Virus record (IMG/VR): IMGVR_UViG_3300027798_000016
Span: 32,001 to 96,000 of that record
Direction: 5' to 3' (one strand)
DNA length: 64,000 nucleotides
From: a virus
The notes under the pieces were generated by a model that was not told where the DNA came from, did no database searches, and saw only the letters and a list, made by a program, of their open reading frames with translations. The translations under genes and the position numbers were made by a program. This document shows positions 29,301 through 38,009 of the stretch, one piece after another (position 1 is the stretch's first letter; each line of letters starts with the position of its first letter).

Positions 29301-32300
29301 ACTGACATTGAAATGCGTGAGTTGGGCAATTTAACACTGGCCAGTTTTATCAATGTTGATCAGACTGATAACTCAATCTTGGCCAATGTCACAGTTGATC
29401 CAGCAAATTTATTAACCACATCAGATATTTTTTCAACCAACGGATTTAGCATCTACAACAATTATCAACCCAGCGACCTATGCTGGCAGGAAGGCAACTT
29501 GTACAGAGCCAAGGCCAAGATAACCGGCTCATCAACCAGTGTATTTGATTCTACTCAGTGGAACTTACAACCAATTGATGGCAGACTATTGCCAAATGTT
29601 TGGGTCAGCGACTATGGCTTTAACATTAATACCAAATACAAAGGCAGTTGGACGGCATCAACATTGTACAATGTTGGCGACATCATTGATATAAATGGGT
29701 TTTACAATGTTTGTATCAAGCCGCACACCAGTGGCAGTACATTTGTTAACAATAGCATTGCTGAATTAAAAATTACACAAAAAGGTTTAAATTATCAAGT
29801 TGGTGACCTAATCAAATCTGGATCAACCATTGTTGGAAATGTCAGCGCAGTTGTCAATGGCACAATTAAAACTGTCAATGTGGTAGATACGGTAGGTGGG
29901 TACAATCCAGAAACCACAGTGATTGCAGTGGCAGGTGGCAGTGGAACAGCACTATTAAGTGCAACATATAAGAATGATACAATTCAACAAACCATCACTG
30001 GTAGAATTGGAACAGCTAATATGCCAACTGGTATCATTGGATTTGGCAATAACTACACCTTAGATAATACCATTGTAACAGTGAATGGCACTGGCACTGG
30101 TGCACAGATAGTTCCAATCATTGAAGATAACATTTCCAGCGGTACATTTACAAGATACAATGTAATCAAGACCTTTGGTTATTTGAATGCTGGAACAGGT
30201 TATGCGGTAGGAGATTTATTAGTTGCACAAAAAGATACAACCTCACAGTCTGCAACGGACGCAGTATTCAGAGTCTCTGAAATTAATGCGTTGACGTCAA
30301 CACCGTTTGCTGTAAATTATACATCAGGCAATATTGGCCTATTTTCGCAGTCAACTCCACCATTGGTTGCTTGGGTCAGCGGAATTGACCAGGATAATTT
30401 TAAAATTTCAACTGTTGAAAAGGCTAGCATTTTATCTGGTGCCGCTTCATTCTATACAACACTGAAACAGATAGTGCCAACTTTAACAAACGCAGATATA
30501 CAATCATTTTTATCTGACATAATTGACAGCGCCAATAGTGAAATAATTTCATACATTGGAAATAACAATGTGTATCTTGCAGGGCCTGATTTTGGTGTTG
30601 AGGGCGAATTAAAAAATGTCACAAGTAGCTCATTTGACATTGGTACCAATCGATATACTCGAGGCACACTGGCCAATGCAAATGTAAAAGTTACTGCCAG
30701 GGTAGTTCCTGATCTAATAAGTCAAACAGACTTAGACAAGGAAATTGACAATCTTGTTACATTAATAACCAGTAATGCGGCCTTTGCTGGATCAGTAACT
30801 ACCGCACAAAAAGCACAATTAAAAACAGAACTAGTGTCAATTTTTGATTTAATAATTGCAGTATTTGAAAATATTGAAGACAATGTCGACTTGTACAATT
30901 ACAGCAAATCGCCAATAAGCAGTTTAGCAAATGCAAACAGTATTAAAAAATTAGTAATAATTCCAAACGATGCCACTTTGGCCTTGGGCGGCCAATCATA
31001 TGCAACCAGAAGTTATAACCTTGTTAATAAAACAGGAACTGGTGTTGGCGGCTCAATAACTGTTACGGCAGTACAAGATGTAACACTTCCATCGCTTGCA
31101 CGATCACAAAATGGTGTAATCACCGGCTTTACAGTTACAACACCGGGCCAAGGATACACACAAGGTACAACAATATCTGTGACAAGACGAAACCCATCCA
31201 GGGCAACAGCGGTAATTACCAATGGCGTCATAACAGCAATTAATGTACTTCCAAGTGGTCAAGGTAGCAACATTTTAGTGGCTGCTGATATTAAAGTTGT
31301 TATTAATAGTGGTTCTGGTGCTGGTTTTACATACACTCCAAATATTGTAAATGGAAAGTTGACCAGCGTAACAGTGATCACAGGTGGTAGTTCTTATAGT
31401 GCTAACTCAACAGTGACAATTGTTGATCCGTATTGGACTGATGCAGATTCATCAGATGTAACTGTTGGCTTTTTGGCACCAGTTACTTTAACTGTAAACC
31501 GAATTGGAGTCATTGATAAAATCAATGTCTTAGATGGCGGAAGTGGCTATACTACAAGTTCAATCATTACAATCACCGATTCAACTAGATCCACTGCATT
31601 GTTGCCTGCAGTCGCAACAGTCACTGCCACAGCTGGTGGTGCAATCAACAGCGTTGTAATTACAAACTCAAGTGCTGTATTTGATCAGATACCAACGCTG
31701 ACAGTCACAAGCCAAGCAGGCTCTGGTGCTGAGATTACTGCATCAGTTACATCATATTGGAAATTAAAAACAACTGGTTATGGATGGAACATTCTACAAA
31801 CATTCAGTCCAATGTATGTTGAAGAAACTTGTCCAAATGCATTAGACACCTCTGCAAATGAAAGCAAGGTTACTTTTGCTGATCCGCATGGATTACGAGC
31901 ACAAGACTATATTGTAATGGTTGGAAACAATGACGGAAACTATGACAAAGTTCATAAGGTATTAAAAGTTGTTGACGATTACAACATCTTAATTCCAGCA
32001 AGAAGTAGCTCAGACCAAATTGTTTATAATACTGTTGCATTCAAACTGGCTCCGGTTAAATTTGAGACCATTGCTGAATACAATCAAAGTAAAACGACTC
32101 AAGCATGGCTAAAGGGCATGAGAGCATACATTGACAATACTGGTCAAGGATCTGTGCCATACAACAACAAGTTCACAGTAATTGTGTATGGCGCAACAGC
32201 AAACGATGACTTGGTGATTGAAAGTGAAGCTCGTATGACTGATCCATATGCTATACATAAGGTACAGATACTCGACGAAAAAACTGAAAATATACTTGGT

Positions 32301-34418
32301 ACATTAGAAGTGTACGATCCGTTTAAAGGTGCCAGCATCAATGAGATGGCACAATATATTAACCACCGCCAACCAGTTGATCCAGCATCATATAATGTTG
32401 ATGAACTTGGGGTGTTGAATAAATTTATTACCATGTCATGGGGTAAACAAGACATTGGAAAAACTTGGTGGGATACCAGCAGAGTTCGATACATTGAATA
32501 TGAACAAGGCTCATTGAGTTATCGTGCAACCAATTGGGGCAAGCAGTTTGCCGACAGTGAAGTCGTAATTTACGAATGGGTTAGTTCAGTGGAAGAACCA
32601 ACAATAGATACTCCTGGCCTACGACTAGATGACAGCAGTGGCATAGAACAATTACGATATTCAATCATTGAAGAGCCACAACCAAACGGTGGCAAAATTG
32701 CAACATATTACTACTGGCAACGAGGCGTAGCCAAACTGCCAACAAACATGGATCGACCATACACCTCTGCATCAATTGAATTTGTTTTAAATGATCCAGA
32801 TGCCAATGGCATTGCATGGATGAGTCCAATACAAGTAACATATGATGCAACTGGTGCAACATCGGCCAGTATCATGATTGCAAACATCAGTAAATTCTTT
32901 AGCGGTCGAGACAAAGTAATTCTAAGAATTGAACAGAATAAGAAACCAGAACAAAAACACAATACTGGTATACTGTTAACAGAAGGAATGGCAGGCAGTG
33001 TGATTCCAGATTATCCAGTGACCAGATTGCGTGACAGTTTGGTTGGATATGACAATTACAGAATGTTGCATGATGTAAGACAATTTGTTGTTGGACAAAG
33101 CTATGCGCCTGGCGAACTAATCACAACAATAGATCCTACCAGCATAGATTTTACATACACTAATGCATACGGTGGACTTGATATTCCAGTGCTACCAACA
33201 ATCAATGCCAACAGAGAAGAAGTTCAATTTGTCTGGCAGGATGATGGATCTGCATCGTTTGGAGTATTCCGAGTGACTCGAGGCTTCAGCAATGCAACAT
33301 CATTTGATAGTATTGTTAATAACCTTGCAAGATTTCAAACAGCATTGGTAAAAAATGTGCTGGAAGAAAACAAATACTATGCAGTTATTGTCAAGTCTAG
33401 ACAAGTTCCGGATATCAATTTACATCCGTTGAGAAGATACGGCAATGAATATAGTCCGTTGCCACAAAGCTGGTATAAGAATTTGCAAGATGCCCGTAGA
33501 ACTTTTGTTGATGTTGTCAATGATAAATTGGCACAAGTGAATGCTGTTGATAAATTTGAATGGGACAAATATCTAAGAATTTGGCAACCATTGCTTGGAT
33601 CAAAAGCACTGGATGTAACTCAATACTGGTACTATGTAGATTACAAAGTAGATGATTATTCTCCGGGCAACGAAGAAATTAGAATTCGTTCGTTTACAGA
33701 ATTGCTAAACTATGTGAATCCAACAAAGTTTGCCTTGGTTGACAGCGATAACAATATTCAATCTGTTTATAGAGTTGACAATTTAGATACCAATCAGTTT
33801 ACTCTATTGTACAAGAAGAATGGTACTATACAATTCTATCCAATTTGGCGTACCAGCGGATGGGATGTCAAAGAGTGGGATGGTTATCCATGGGACGAAG
33901 GATTCACTGATATTTTTGCAATAATACTAAAAGCTCTCAGAGAAAATATCTTTGTTGGCGATGCTGTTGGTTATTTCAATCTGGTGTTCTTTGCAACGGT
34001 CAAAGAAGCATTGGTACAAGATCCATTGGCAGATTGGATATTTAAAACTACCTATCTGACCTTTGACTCAACCAGCAACAATGACCTGGCACAAGTACCA
34101 ATTTACTATGACAAGAAAGATACGCTGATTAAAAAATACATCACTGAAGTTAAACCTTTCCACAGTGAAATGTTAGATCGCGGCACAGTCAATAAGTCAT
34201 TGCAACAAGTGGCAGTTACTTTAGATGAAAACCTAGAGTTAACAATAGTAGAAAAGAACATCATTGGTGTTGAGCCTGGCTATATTCGACAGATTGATCG
34301 TAGACGAAATGGTACTCCGGAGCCAGTCATCACATACGATAAACTATCAACCGAGGATCTCCGTCCATTATTGATAAACATTACAACGATTACACAAGTA
34401 TTAGTTGATGAAGATTAA
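23328..34418 (+). CDS. Giant (3696-aa) baseplate wedge/receptor-binding structural protein (gp7-like position)
   Basis: Follows gp6; DKFINWPDYYW near the N-terminus, YITEVKPFH near the C-terminus, internal GxGY beta repeats and CBM-like motifs. Confidence 0.7.
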   Translation: MAQDPTKINPVSTSVKTYPGERLDELALPTVPELLPSIFRTDTNKKLIAAVMEDMFQPHAMEDLNYSVGRRTTKSLVNDYLPHPTAKRQLEPGLLVYRADNSPATLSADEVAHGWGLNDRTKETTVPVSILDLPIDPDKFINWPDYYWIQEGMPVIFITGTETETFDIQNDILGKPAYTTVLQRSGKRLELKNGMRVVFNNVPSAEATFNKPARIGTVPILSNFVIDTVTNGKSSLDIECDFVAYDRSKIIVTVDGIVKTFKVDYDVIANTIHWNGTVPSVDLPVNLNCVEYFLTTDEDSNKASRRWQIAGVGTAGGIRLLSRTHQYTNTRYSKAIQTLWDKTAVPWDSVEWDGAIKGINEKHYILEKVGARTRNTNSRVNVWYHKDTIQTTADYLNINFNDIVTSSGSNTNALPAQALRPIVEFDDTLELFNHGIFFRAWPNLVTSIDGVAVSDFINLPIVDLDLEILNSKYISTTRKLQIEPDIIVRALSQGNNIQTALNRSSFTIQEFDELLNTVSQKILYEVANGKIIWLKNQPEHWSITYRISGVPVDKLRILWLVNDIYKNKIINVLSNETVTNGFVPETARNRDAVLIDTPYSTDANYLLEYHWVNGQAILAQTRLSRTQQPLFELYDSTNVKLSNNPNNPDIKSSAIIEIVNGDKYDAESGYNLKFLPSQFSELTADNTASDAMYDIVYNHTLQNFAYYNQGTASKTVSGPYQFRRVTDNTPLINQLSIGYSRAWFRLKSWAIRTVADFDNSTVELDATMWPKYDWGIKVINNTLRAVYLDNFSIVAKNLPRIAAGESANFTVFVDGNPSVATISGVDMTSFDVDIVNNYFTFVVPADAPSKLTITIDGKSIQAKVIDVKQDPRNVKVKLNGLPVDYSFTVVRDSSWAITSVQLQADGQGTLEIQHQGDHADNDHITAIPGLVFNPEQNINLGEFTPSRLVHNMTSSINANKRSDSQSWNSVDYVFDADGAIMADNSSMRSAWTSFRLSPTIQDSVIARSLSGWRWWRKFISKLESNFNLLDFNLSTPRENLDRILEESLLGLTYSSPDAISGMAVSTNGMNKASYVVNNGTLTFNVNTGGNGVVYLDFFGPDIVYVYANGELVSKNDYAVDAYAALVTFKTAPADGTQIEIYHSSQSGVYSGIPASPAKLGLSGVYQPGFVTETWGQNTRKYIQRHDGSRIAMYGTDEDDLRNLVILELETRTYNNCIHLVGAVNQQRQYRAYRSLPILEAQAKAQIEWYTTNNIDYQERSDFDAEDAWTWNYNGLSWRAIYINAFDTYQLDTAPWESLGYDSAPTWWNNYYSWTDATKRSALENALRFGIVTEPGKPVTVAVSYRRNFDTFPVDQAGNLIDPVAWNTPAPSSDVAQQPWEIGSWSPVEVAWRRSIAGAWDNVLHAIEDYDIVHNFMDEAINPFVNDTDTNSPKQKGTNTLPPGQFFQDRPTIGMGSVLFEAYREFNLTGQAPLNELMSLDSRLQFGVGGFSDGVITLKMYYAKFKNGFYIPAEDFLMTLSPGVSTSKLRYSAVRVEKDGDGFRVYGFDPGHKYFTIFKPSAQSLTESYPTSRSQIVTPNGTFVSYSDWDNISHELQYGSYINDKQALFTFFEGLQKYQESQGLILDQVNSRGTITNWQQAGLDALTWIAENWGTDHFCLVGVATEDGLKFSHARGTLDRLDADLGRTGKVLFSTGRSALSNELQITREYEKNVDKIVPTAGQQIVFVNFSTRDYDHVVYINRKTKFGDLVIDLQTGNRIDVLGLSARRTNGWTGRPTARGVTLTPAGLIPGFDALVSDIVDSHKPEQNAFDSIKTDIAKSDVVPAKSTIIDQLIQDKSTQHFYKQGLQTAMGTNLAVDALLRNSKIDIPGRQQDIELNEQWLITTGNFGNLESENIWEVELRRQDFTASKQVVRFQPRGYGGIISTNNGSRPTYLYDSLSDNIIDIWEKDKRWVTKPLRPYEFATIDRSTQTGLDDTKNWLPNAGNPQLFNTDIEMRELGNLTLASFINVDQTDNSILANVTVDPANLLTTSDIFSTNGFSIYNNYQPSDLCWQEGNLYRAKAKITGSSTSVFDSTQWNLQPIDGRLLPNVWVSDYGFNINTKYKGSWTASTLYNVGDIIDINGFYNVCIKPHTSGSTFVNNSIAELKITQKGLNYQVGDLIKSGSTIVGNVSAVVNGTIKTVNVVDTVGGYNPETTVIAVAGGSGTALLSATYKNDTIQQTITGRIGTANMPTGIIGFGNNYTLDNTIVTVNGTGTGAQIVPIIEDNISSGTFTRYNVIKTFGYLNAGTGYAVGDLLVAQKDTTSQSATDAVFRVSEINALTSTPFAVNYTSGNIGLFSQSTPPLVAWVSGIDQDNFKISTVEKASILSGAASFYTTLKQIVPTLTNADIQSFLSDIIDSANSEIISYIGNNNVYLAGPDFGVEGELKNVTSSSFDIGTNRYTRGTLANANVKVTARVVPDLISQTDLDKEIDNLVTLITSNAAFAGSVTTAQKAQLKTELVSIFDLIIAVFENIEDNVDLYNYSKSPISSLANANSIKKLVIIPNDATLALGGQSYATRSYNLVNKTGTGVGGSITVTAVQDVTLPSLARSQNGVITGFTVTTPGQGYTQGTTISVTRRNPSRATAVITNGVITAINVLPSGQGSNILVAADIKVVINSGSGAGFTYTPNIVNGKLTSVTVITGGSSYSANSTVTIVDPYWTDADSSDVTVGFLAPVTLTVNRIGVIDKINVLDGGSGYTTSSIITITDSTRSTALLPAVATVTATAGGAINSVVITNSSAVFDQIPTLTVTSQAGSGAEITASVTSYWKLKTTGYGWNILQTFSPMYVEETCPNALDTSANESKVTFADPHGLRAQDYIVMVGNNDGNYDKVHKVLKVVDDYNILIPARSSSDQIVYNTVAFKLAPVKFETIAEYNQSKTTQAWLKGMRAYIDNTGQGSVPYNNKFTVIVYGATANDDLVIESEARMTDPYAIHKVQILDEKTENILGTLEVYDPFKGASINEMAQYINHRQPVDPASYNVDELGVLNKFITMSWGKQDIGKTWWDTSRVRYIEYEQGSLSYRATNWGKQFADSEVVIYEWVSSVEEPTIDTPGLRLDDSSGIEQLRYSIIEEPQPNGGKIATYYYWQRGVAKLPTNMDRPYTSASIEFVLNDPDANGIAWMSPIQVTYDATGATSASIMIANISKFFSGRDKVILRIEQNKKPEQKHNTGILLTEGMAGSVIPDYPVTRLRDSLVGYDNYRMLHDVRQFVVGQSYAPGELITTIDPTSIDFTYTNAYGGLDIPVLPTINANREEVQFVWQDDGSASFGVFRVTRGFSNATSFDSIVNNLARFQTALVKNVLEENKYYAVIVKSRQVPDINLHPLRRYGNEYSPLPQSWYKNLQDARRTFVDVVNDKLAQVNAVDKFEWDKYLRIWQPLLGSKALDVTQYWYYVDYKVDDYSPGNEEIRIRSFTELLNYVNPTKFALVDSDNNIQSVYRVDNLDTNQFTLLYKKNGTIQFYPIWRTSGWDVKEWDGYPWDEGFTDIFAIILKALRENIFVGDAVGYFNLVFFATVKEALVQDPLADWIFKTTYLTFDSTSNNDLAQVPIYYDKKDTLIKKYITEVKPFHSEMLDRGTVNKSLQQVAVTLDENLELTIVEKNIIGVEPGYIRQIDRRRNGTPEPVITYDKLSTEDLRPLLINITTITQVLVDED

Positions 34419-34450
34419 AGCGGGTTATAAAAAAATAACTAAATATTGAT

Positions 34451-35077
34451 ATGAATATACAAGAGTTACCAATCAGCATAGAAACTTTTATTACGATAAA
34501 AGACTTAAACACCGGTAAGATTCTGGTAGAAGGCTCAAATGCTATCCACCAGGAAAATATGAGTGTGGCGCTGTCGCTTGCATTGGCAAGAAGTGCCGGA
34601 TCATTTATCAGTGAAATGCACTTTGGTTGTGGAGCCGCCATCATTGCAACAGATGGCACAGTAACTTATAGAAAACCAAATATTGTTGGTATAGGTGCAG
34701 ATTTGTACACTCCAACTTATTTCAGGGTAGTTGACGACAGTGATATCAATAGAATGGAAGAATCATCTGATGGTGTAGTTATTCAGCACAATGTTGGATC
34801 AAATTATTCTGATACAATTGTAACTGCTACGCTTGCAAATGATGAACCATTGGCAGTAGATAGCACATATAACACATTTGATTCAACAAGTTCAAGCTTG
34901 GATGCAACCACAATATACGATGGCGAATTTGAGTTCAATGAAATAGGTTTAAAGACCAAAGGGGACACTGGATTAAATTCAGGTACCTTGCTTTCGCATT
35001 TTATCTTTCACCCGGTGCAAAAAAATGCAGACCAAACAATTCAAATTGTTTACACCCTCAGAGTCAGGGCTGGTTAA
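34451..35077 (+). CDS. Baseplate/tail-fibre attachment structural protein
   Basis: FEFNEIGL...LSHFIFHPVQKN...IQIVYTLRV; TAAATA-N5-ATG start. Confidence 0.55.
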   Translation: MNIQELPISIETFITIKDLNTGKILVEGSNAIHQENMSVALSLALARSAGSFISEMHFGCGAAIIATDGTVTYRKPNIVGIGADLYTPTYFRVVDDSDINRMEESSDGVVIQHNVGSNYSDTIVTATLANDEPLAVDSTYNTFDSTSSSLDATTIYDGEFEFNEIGLKTKGDTGLNSGTLLSHFIFHPVQKNADQTIQIVYTLRVRAG

Positions 35078-35127
35078 TGGATAAAACTAAATAGCATAAT
35101 GGCAAATTAGCCAAAAGGATAAAAGAA

Positions 35128-36141
35128 ATGGCATACAATGTAACTAAAAGTGACGAAATGACACCACTGGTAACGCTACTAGACGGTGAAATTGACACTA
35201 CATCAACTGACCTAGTATTACTTGGTAAAAACTACCTGGGATACGGTGAAATTATTGCTGAAAACTTTGCCCGCCATATTGAAAACTTTGCAGGTAAAGC
35301 AAGAGGCGAGTTAAATTCGCTCAACGGTCAACTATACTTCAACAGGGACCCTGCAATGACACTGGCAGTTCCAATGTTGACAGGAACTCTTCCACCAACA
35401 TTACAATTGCATGTTGGTCCAGACTATCGCAACCGTCCAGAAGATTGGATGAACATCACAGCATTTAGCGATGGCAACGGAATTTTTGAAGTAGATATTA
35501 AAGATGCAATTCCAAATACACCGCCCCACAAGTGTATAAAGATTATGGTTAAGAATGTGTTAGTTGCAATTTTAAGTGTAGATGCAGATTTTGTTCCAGC
35601 CAGCACTGAAGGACTAGCTGTATTTTGCGGCGGAACTGTTGGCTCTCCCAATGTAGACGACGGTGACTACAACGATGCAGGAACAATTGGTCGCGGATTG
35701 AACTTGAATTCAAGTCAGGACTTTAAAATTCGCGGCGTTGCAGTTGAAGCTGAGTTTGCTGACGTTGCAGAAATTTATGTTGGCGATGCAACTTATGAAG
35801 CTGGTACTTTAGTAAGCCTAGGTGGCGAAGCAGAAGTTACACAAACCACCAGCATTGCTGATACCAATGTGTTTGGTATTGTTTCATCGCGTCCTGCTTA
35901 CTTGATGAATACTAGAAAGAAGAATGCTAAAAATGCATTGGCCATTGCTGTGGCTGGTCGTATTCCAGTAAAAGTCAAAGGCAAAGTAAATCGCGGCGAC
36001 AGATTGACTGCTAGTGATGTTCCGGGTGTTGCACAAGCGGCATCAGTTGACTCTCCAGCATGGAGCATAGTTGGTCGCAGTTTGGCTAATTTTGATGGCG
36101 CAGGAATTGGTAAAGTTGAAGCAACAGTTGGAGTAAGATAA
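35128..36141 (+). CDS. Tail fibre-type protein with C-terminal Peptidase_G2-like intramolecular chaperone
   Basis: N-terminal LLGKNYLGYGEIIAENF...ENFA; C-terminal ADVAEIY...GTLVSLGG...FGIVS..PAYLMN...AVAGRIPVKV..GDRL. Confidence 0.6.
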   Translation: MAYNVTKSDEMTPLVTLLDGEIDTTSTDLVLLGKNYLGYGEIIAENFARHIENFAGKARGELNSLNGQLYFNRDPAMTLAVPMLTGTLPPTLQLHVGPDYRNRPEDWMNITAFSDGNGIFEVDIKDAIPNTPPHKCIKIMVKNVLVAILSVDADFVPASTEGLAVFCGGTVGSPNVDDGDYNDAGTIGRGLNLNSSQDFKIRGVAVEAEFADVAEIYVGDATYEAGTLVSLGGEAEVTQTTSIADTNVFGIVSSRPAYLMNTRKKNAKNALAIAVAGRIPVKVKGKVNRGDRLTASDVPGVAQAASVDSPAWSIVGRSLANFDGAGIGKVEATVGVR

Positions 36142-37265
36142 TGTCAGTCAGCCGCAAAGATAAAATCACAGCGGATTACATTAACTCACTTACAGAATCT
36201 GTAAACGAGTTATTTGGTGATACGCATGATAATCAAGGTCCAAGCAATGACGCATCGGTACAAGATGCAATCCGTTGGGGCTGGGGCGGCCAAAATGTTG
36301 ACAATGTACAACGCGGTGAAAAAATTACCGCAGATAAGACAAATGAAATTGTTGATCGCATCAACATCAGCACCTTAAGAACAAACAGCAGTGACATTGA
36401 ATTAGTGGTTGTTGCTCGTGGAGAGAAAGTCACAGCTGACTTTTTTAATTCAGCCGAGTCATTATTAAATGGTGCCCGCAACTTGCGTAATGCAGTTGAT
36501 CCAGCATATACTACCATCAGTTCATTGGGAACATATTCAAAAGATATCAATTGGTCCAACCAGTTAGACAGCATCGTTGAGTTAGATTTTAGCGGTTATG
36601 AAAGTGCTCGGCACTTTTTTAATGCCGGCGGCGATATCCGTGTAGCATACAGTATTACAGGTGGATATGGTTGTGGTTACCATACATGGAGAACCATATT
36701 CATTGATATGGGCACTATTAAAATTAATGTTGAAGATACTGCAAGTTTGAATAATCGAGGAATTAGCCAGACTCTGGGCTTTAGTGAATTAACATCTAAT
36801 GAAAAATTACTCTACACTAGCCCTGCCGGCGGTGGCGGCGGAGGTTATGGTGGTTATGGTGGTTATGGTGGTTATGGAGGCTATGGCGGATATGGCGGAT
36901 ATGGCGGATATGGAGGATATGGAGGCTATGGAGAGGACTGTAACGGTGGCGGCGGCGGATACGGAGGCTATGGCGGATACGGAGGCTATGGCGGTTATGG
37001 TGGGTATGGCGGATACGGAGGTTATGGCGGTTATGGTGGGTATGGCGGCTATGCTTCGAGCCGTTTGAAACTGTTTGGTACCATCAACGGGCAAAACTTA
37101 GAAATTAGGTCGTTGTTAGATAATGCCGGACTTGGCATTATGGTTAGAGGTTCAGTTGCAATGACTGTTACTATGACACATCCAAGTACTATTAGCGAAC
37201 GCTCAGTAACTTTGGAATTACCAACGCCTGTAAGTCAGTTGACTCAAGACTGGCAAGAACTTTAA
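36141..37265 (+). CDS. Virion structural protein with (GGY)n insert
   Basis: Repeated KITAD motifs and ARHFFNAGGDIR; stop/start overlap with the fibre gene. Confidence 0.65.
   Translation: MSVSRKDKITADYINSLTESVNELFGDTHDNQGPSNDASVQDAIRWGWGGQNVDNVQRGEKITADKTNEIVDRINISTLRTNSSDIELVVVARGEKVTADFFNSAESLLNGARNLRNAVDPAYTTISSLGTYSKDINWSNQLDSIVELDFSGYESARHFFNAGGDIRVAYSITGGYGCGYHTWRTIFIDMGTIKINVEDTASLNNRGISQTLGFSELTSNEKLLYTSPAGGGGGGYGGYGGYGGYGGYGGYGGYGGYGGYGGYGEDCNGGGGGYGGYGGYGGYGGYGGYGGYGGYGGYGGYGGYASSRLKLFGTINGQNLEIRSLLDNAGLGIMVRGSVAMTVTMTHPSTISERSVTLELPTPVSQLTQDWQEL
36828..37052 (+). repeat. 9-bp coding tandem repeat encoding G4(GGY)10-GEDCN-G3(GGY)11
   Basis: GGN GGN TAY units counted directly; third codon positions vary. 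Confidence 0.97.
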
Positions 37266-37290
37266 ACGGTTAATCGGTCGCAAACGCATC

Positions 37291-37298
37291 TATAAATA
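37291..37298 (+). promoter_or_regulatory. Late promoter, exact T4 consensus TATAAATA
   Basis: Lies upstream of the lipoprotein gene that begins the glycosyltransferase operon. Confidence 0.7.
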
Positions 37299-37343
37299 GT
37301 ATTGCGTTTGCTAACCAATGGCAACAATTCAAAGGTTAAAAAT

Positions 37344-37748
37344 ATGAAAAAAATAATAGTTTCGCTTTTAGCTTTGAGTATGCTAAGTGGTTGTGCTCTA
37401 ATTGATGCATACTTAATGACCAAGTTTGACTCTGCCGAATATGGTTTAATTACTACAATTCGGTCCGAAGCACAACAATTCAAATCACAATGTGACAATG
37501 CACAGGTTAGCAAGGATAACGCAGTTAAGTTGTCAAACAATACTAGAACTTTTGAGTTATACAGCGAAAACATTCCCCGCAATGAAAATAGCTATAAGGC
37601 ATCAAAATCATTGAATGAAATTGCACAAGGATTAACAGTTCGATATCAAACTGGTCCAGTGAGTGTGGCATTTTGCAAGATCAAGTTTGAAAGTATTGAA
37701 AACAGCGCAACAGTTATTCAACATACACTAGGAAATAGACCAAGATGA
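37344..37748 (+). CDS. Lipoprotein of unknown function
   Basis: MKKIIVSLLALSMLSG-C signal peptide II with lipobox. Confidence 0.75.
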   Translation: MKKIIVSLLALSMLSGCALIDAYLMTKFDSAEYGLITTIRSEAQQFKSQCDNAQVSKDNAVKLSNNTRTFELYSENIPRNENSYKASKSLNEIAQGLTVRYQTGPVSVAFCKIKFESIENSATVIQHTLGNRPR

Positions 37749-38002
37749 ACTTAGATGAAATCAGTCAAGCATTGGCAGAACTTGCCAATTGCGGAGACCC
37801 AGTATTTGCCAAAGCGGCAGAGCAAGTCAAGCAACAAACTCAGCAGACACTTATGGGACAACTGAGCAAAGAAGAATTGTGTGAAATACTAAGCGACATG
37901 CAAAGACAGTTGGATATTATCCAAGAGATGAATCAACTGGCTTTTAAAGAAAAGCTCAATGCTGTTATCACTGGAATAATTGCAATTGCCAGTGCAGTCT
38001 AA
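37745..38002 (+). CDS. Hypothetical helical protein with hydrophobic C-terminus
   Basis: ATGA overlap with the lipoprotein gene. Confidence 0.6.
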   Translation: MNLDEISQALAELANCGDPVFAKAAEQVKQQTQQTLMGQLSKEELCEILSDMQRQLDIIQEMNQLAFKEKLNAVITGIIAIASAV

Positions 38003-38009
38003 GAAGTGA

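Noticed and set aside
36799-37094. Alternative-frame and antisense ORFs over the GGY repeat (MVVMVVM..., ISAISAI...)
   Set aside because: By-products of a stop-free 9-bp repeat; synonymous variation fits only the GGY frame.
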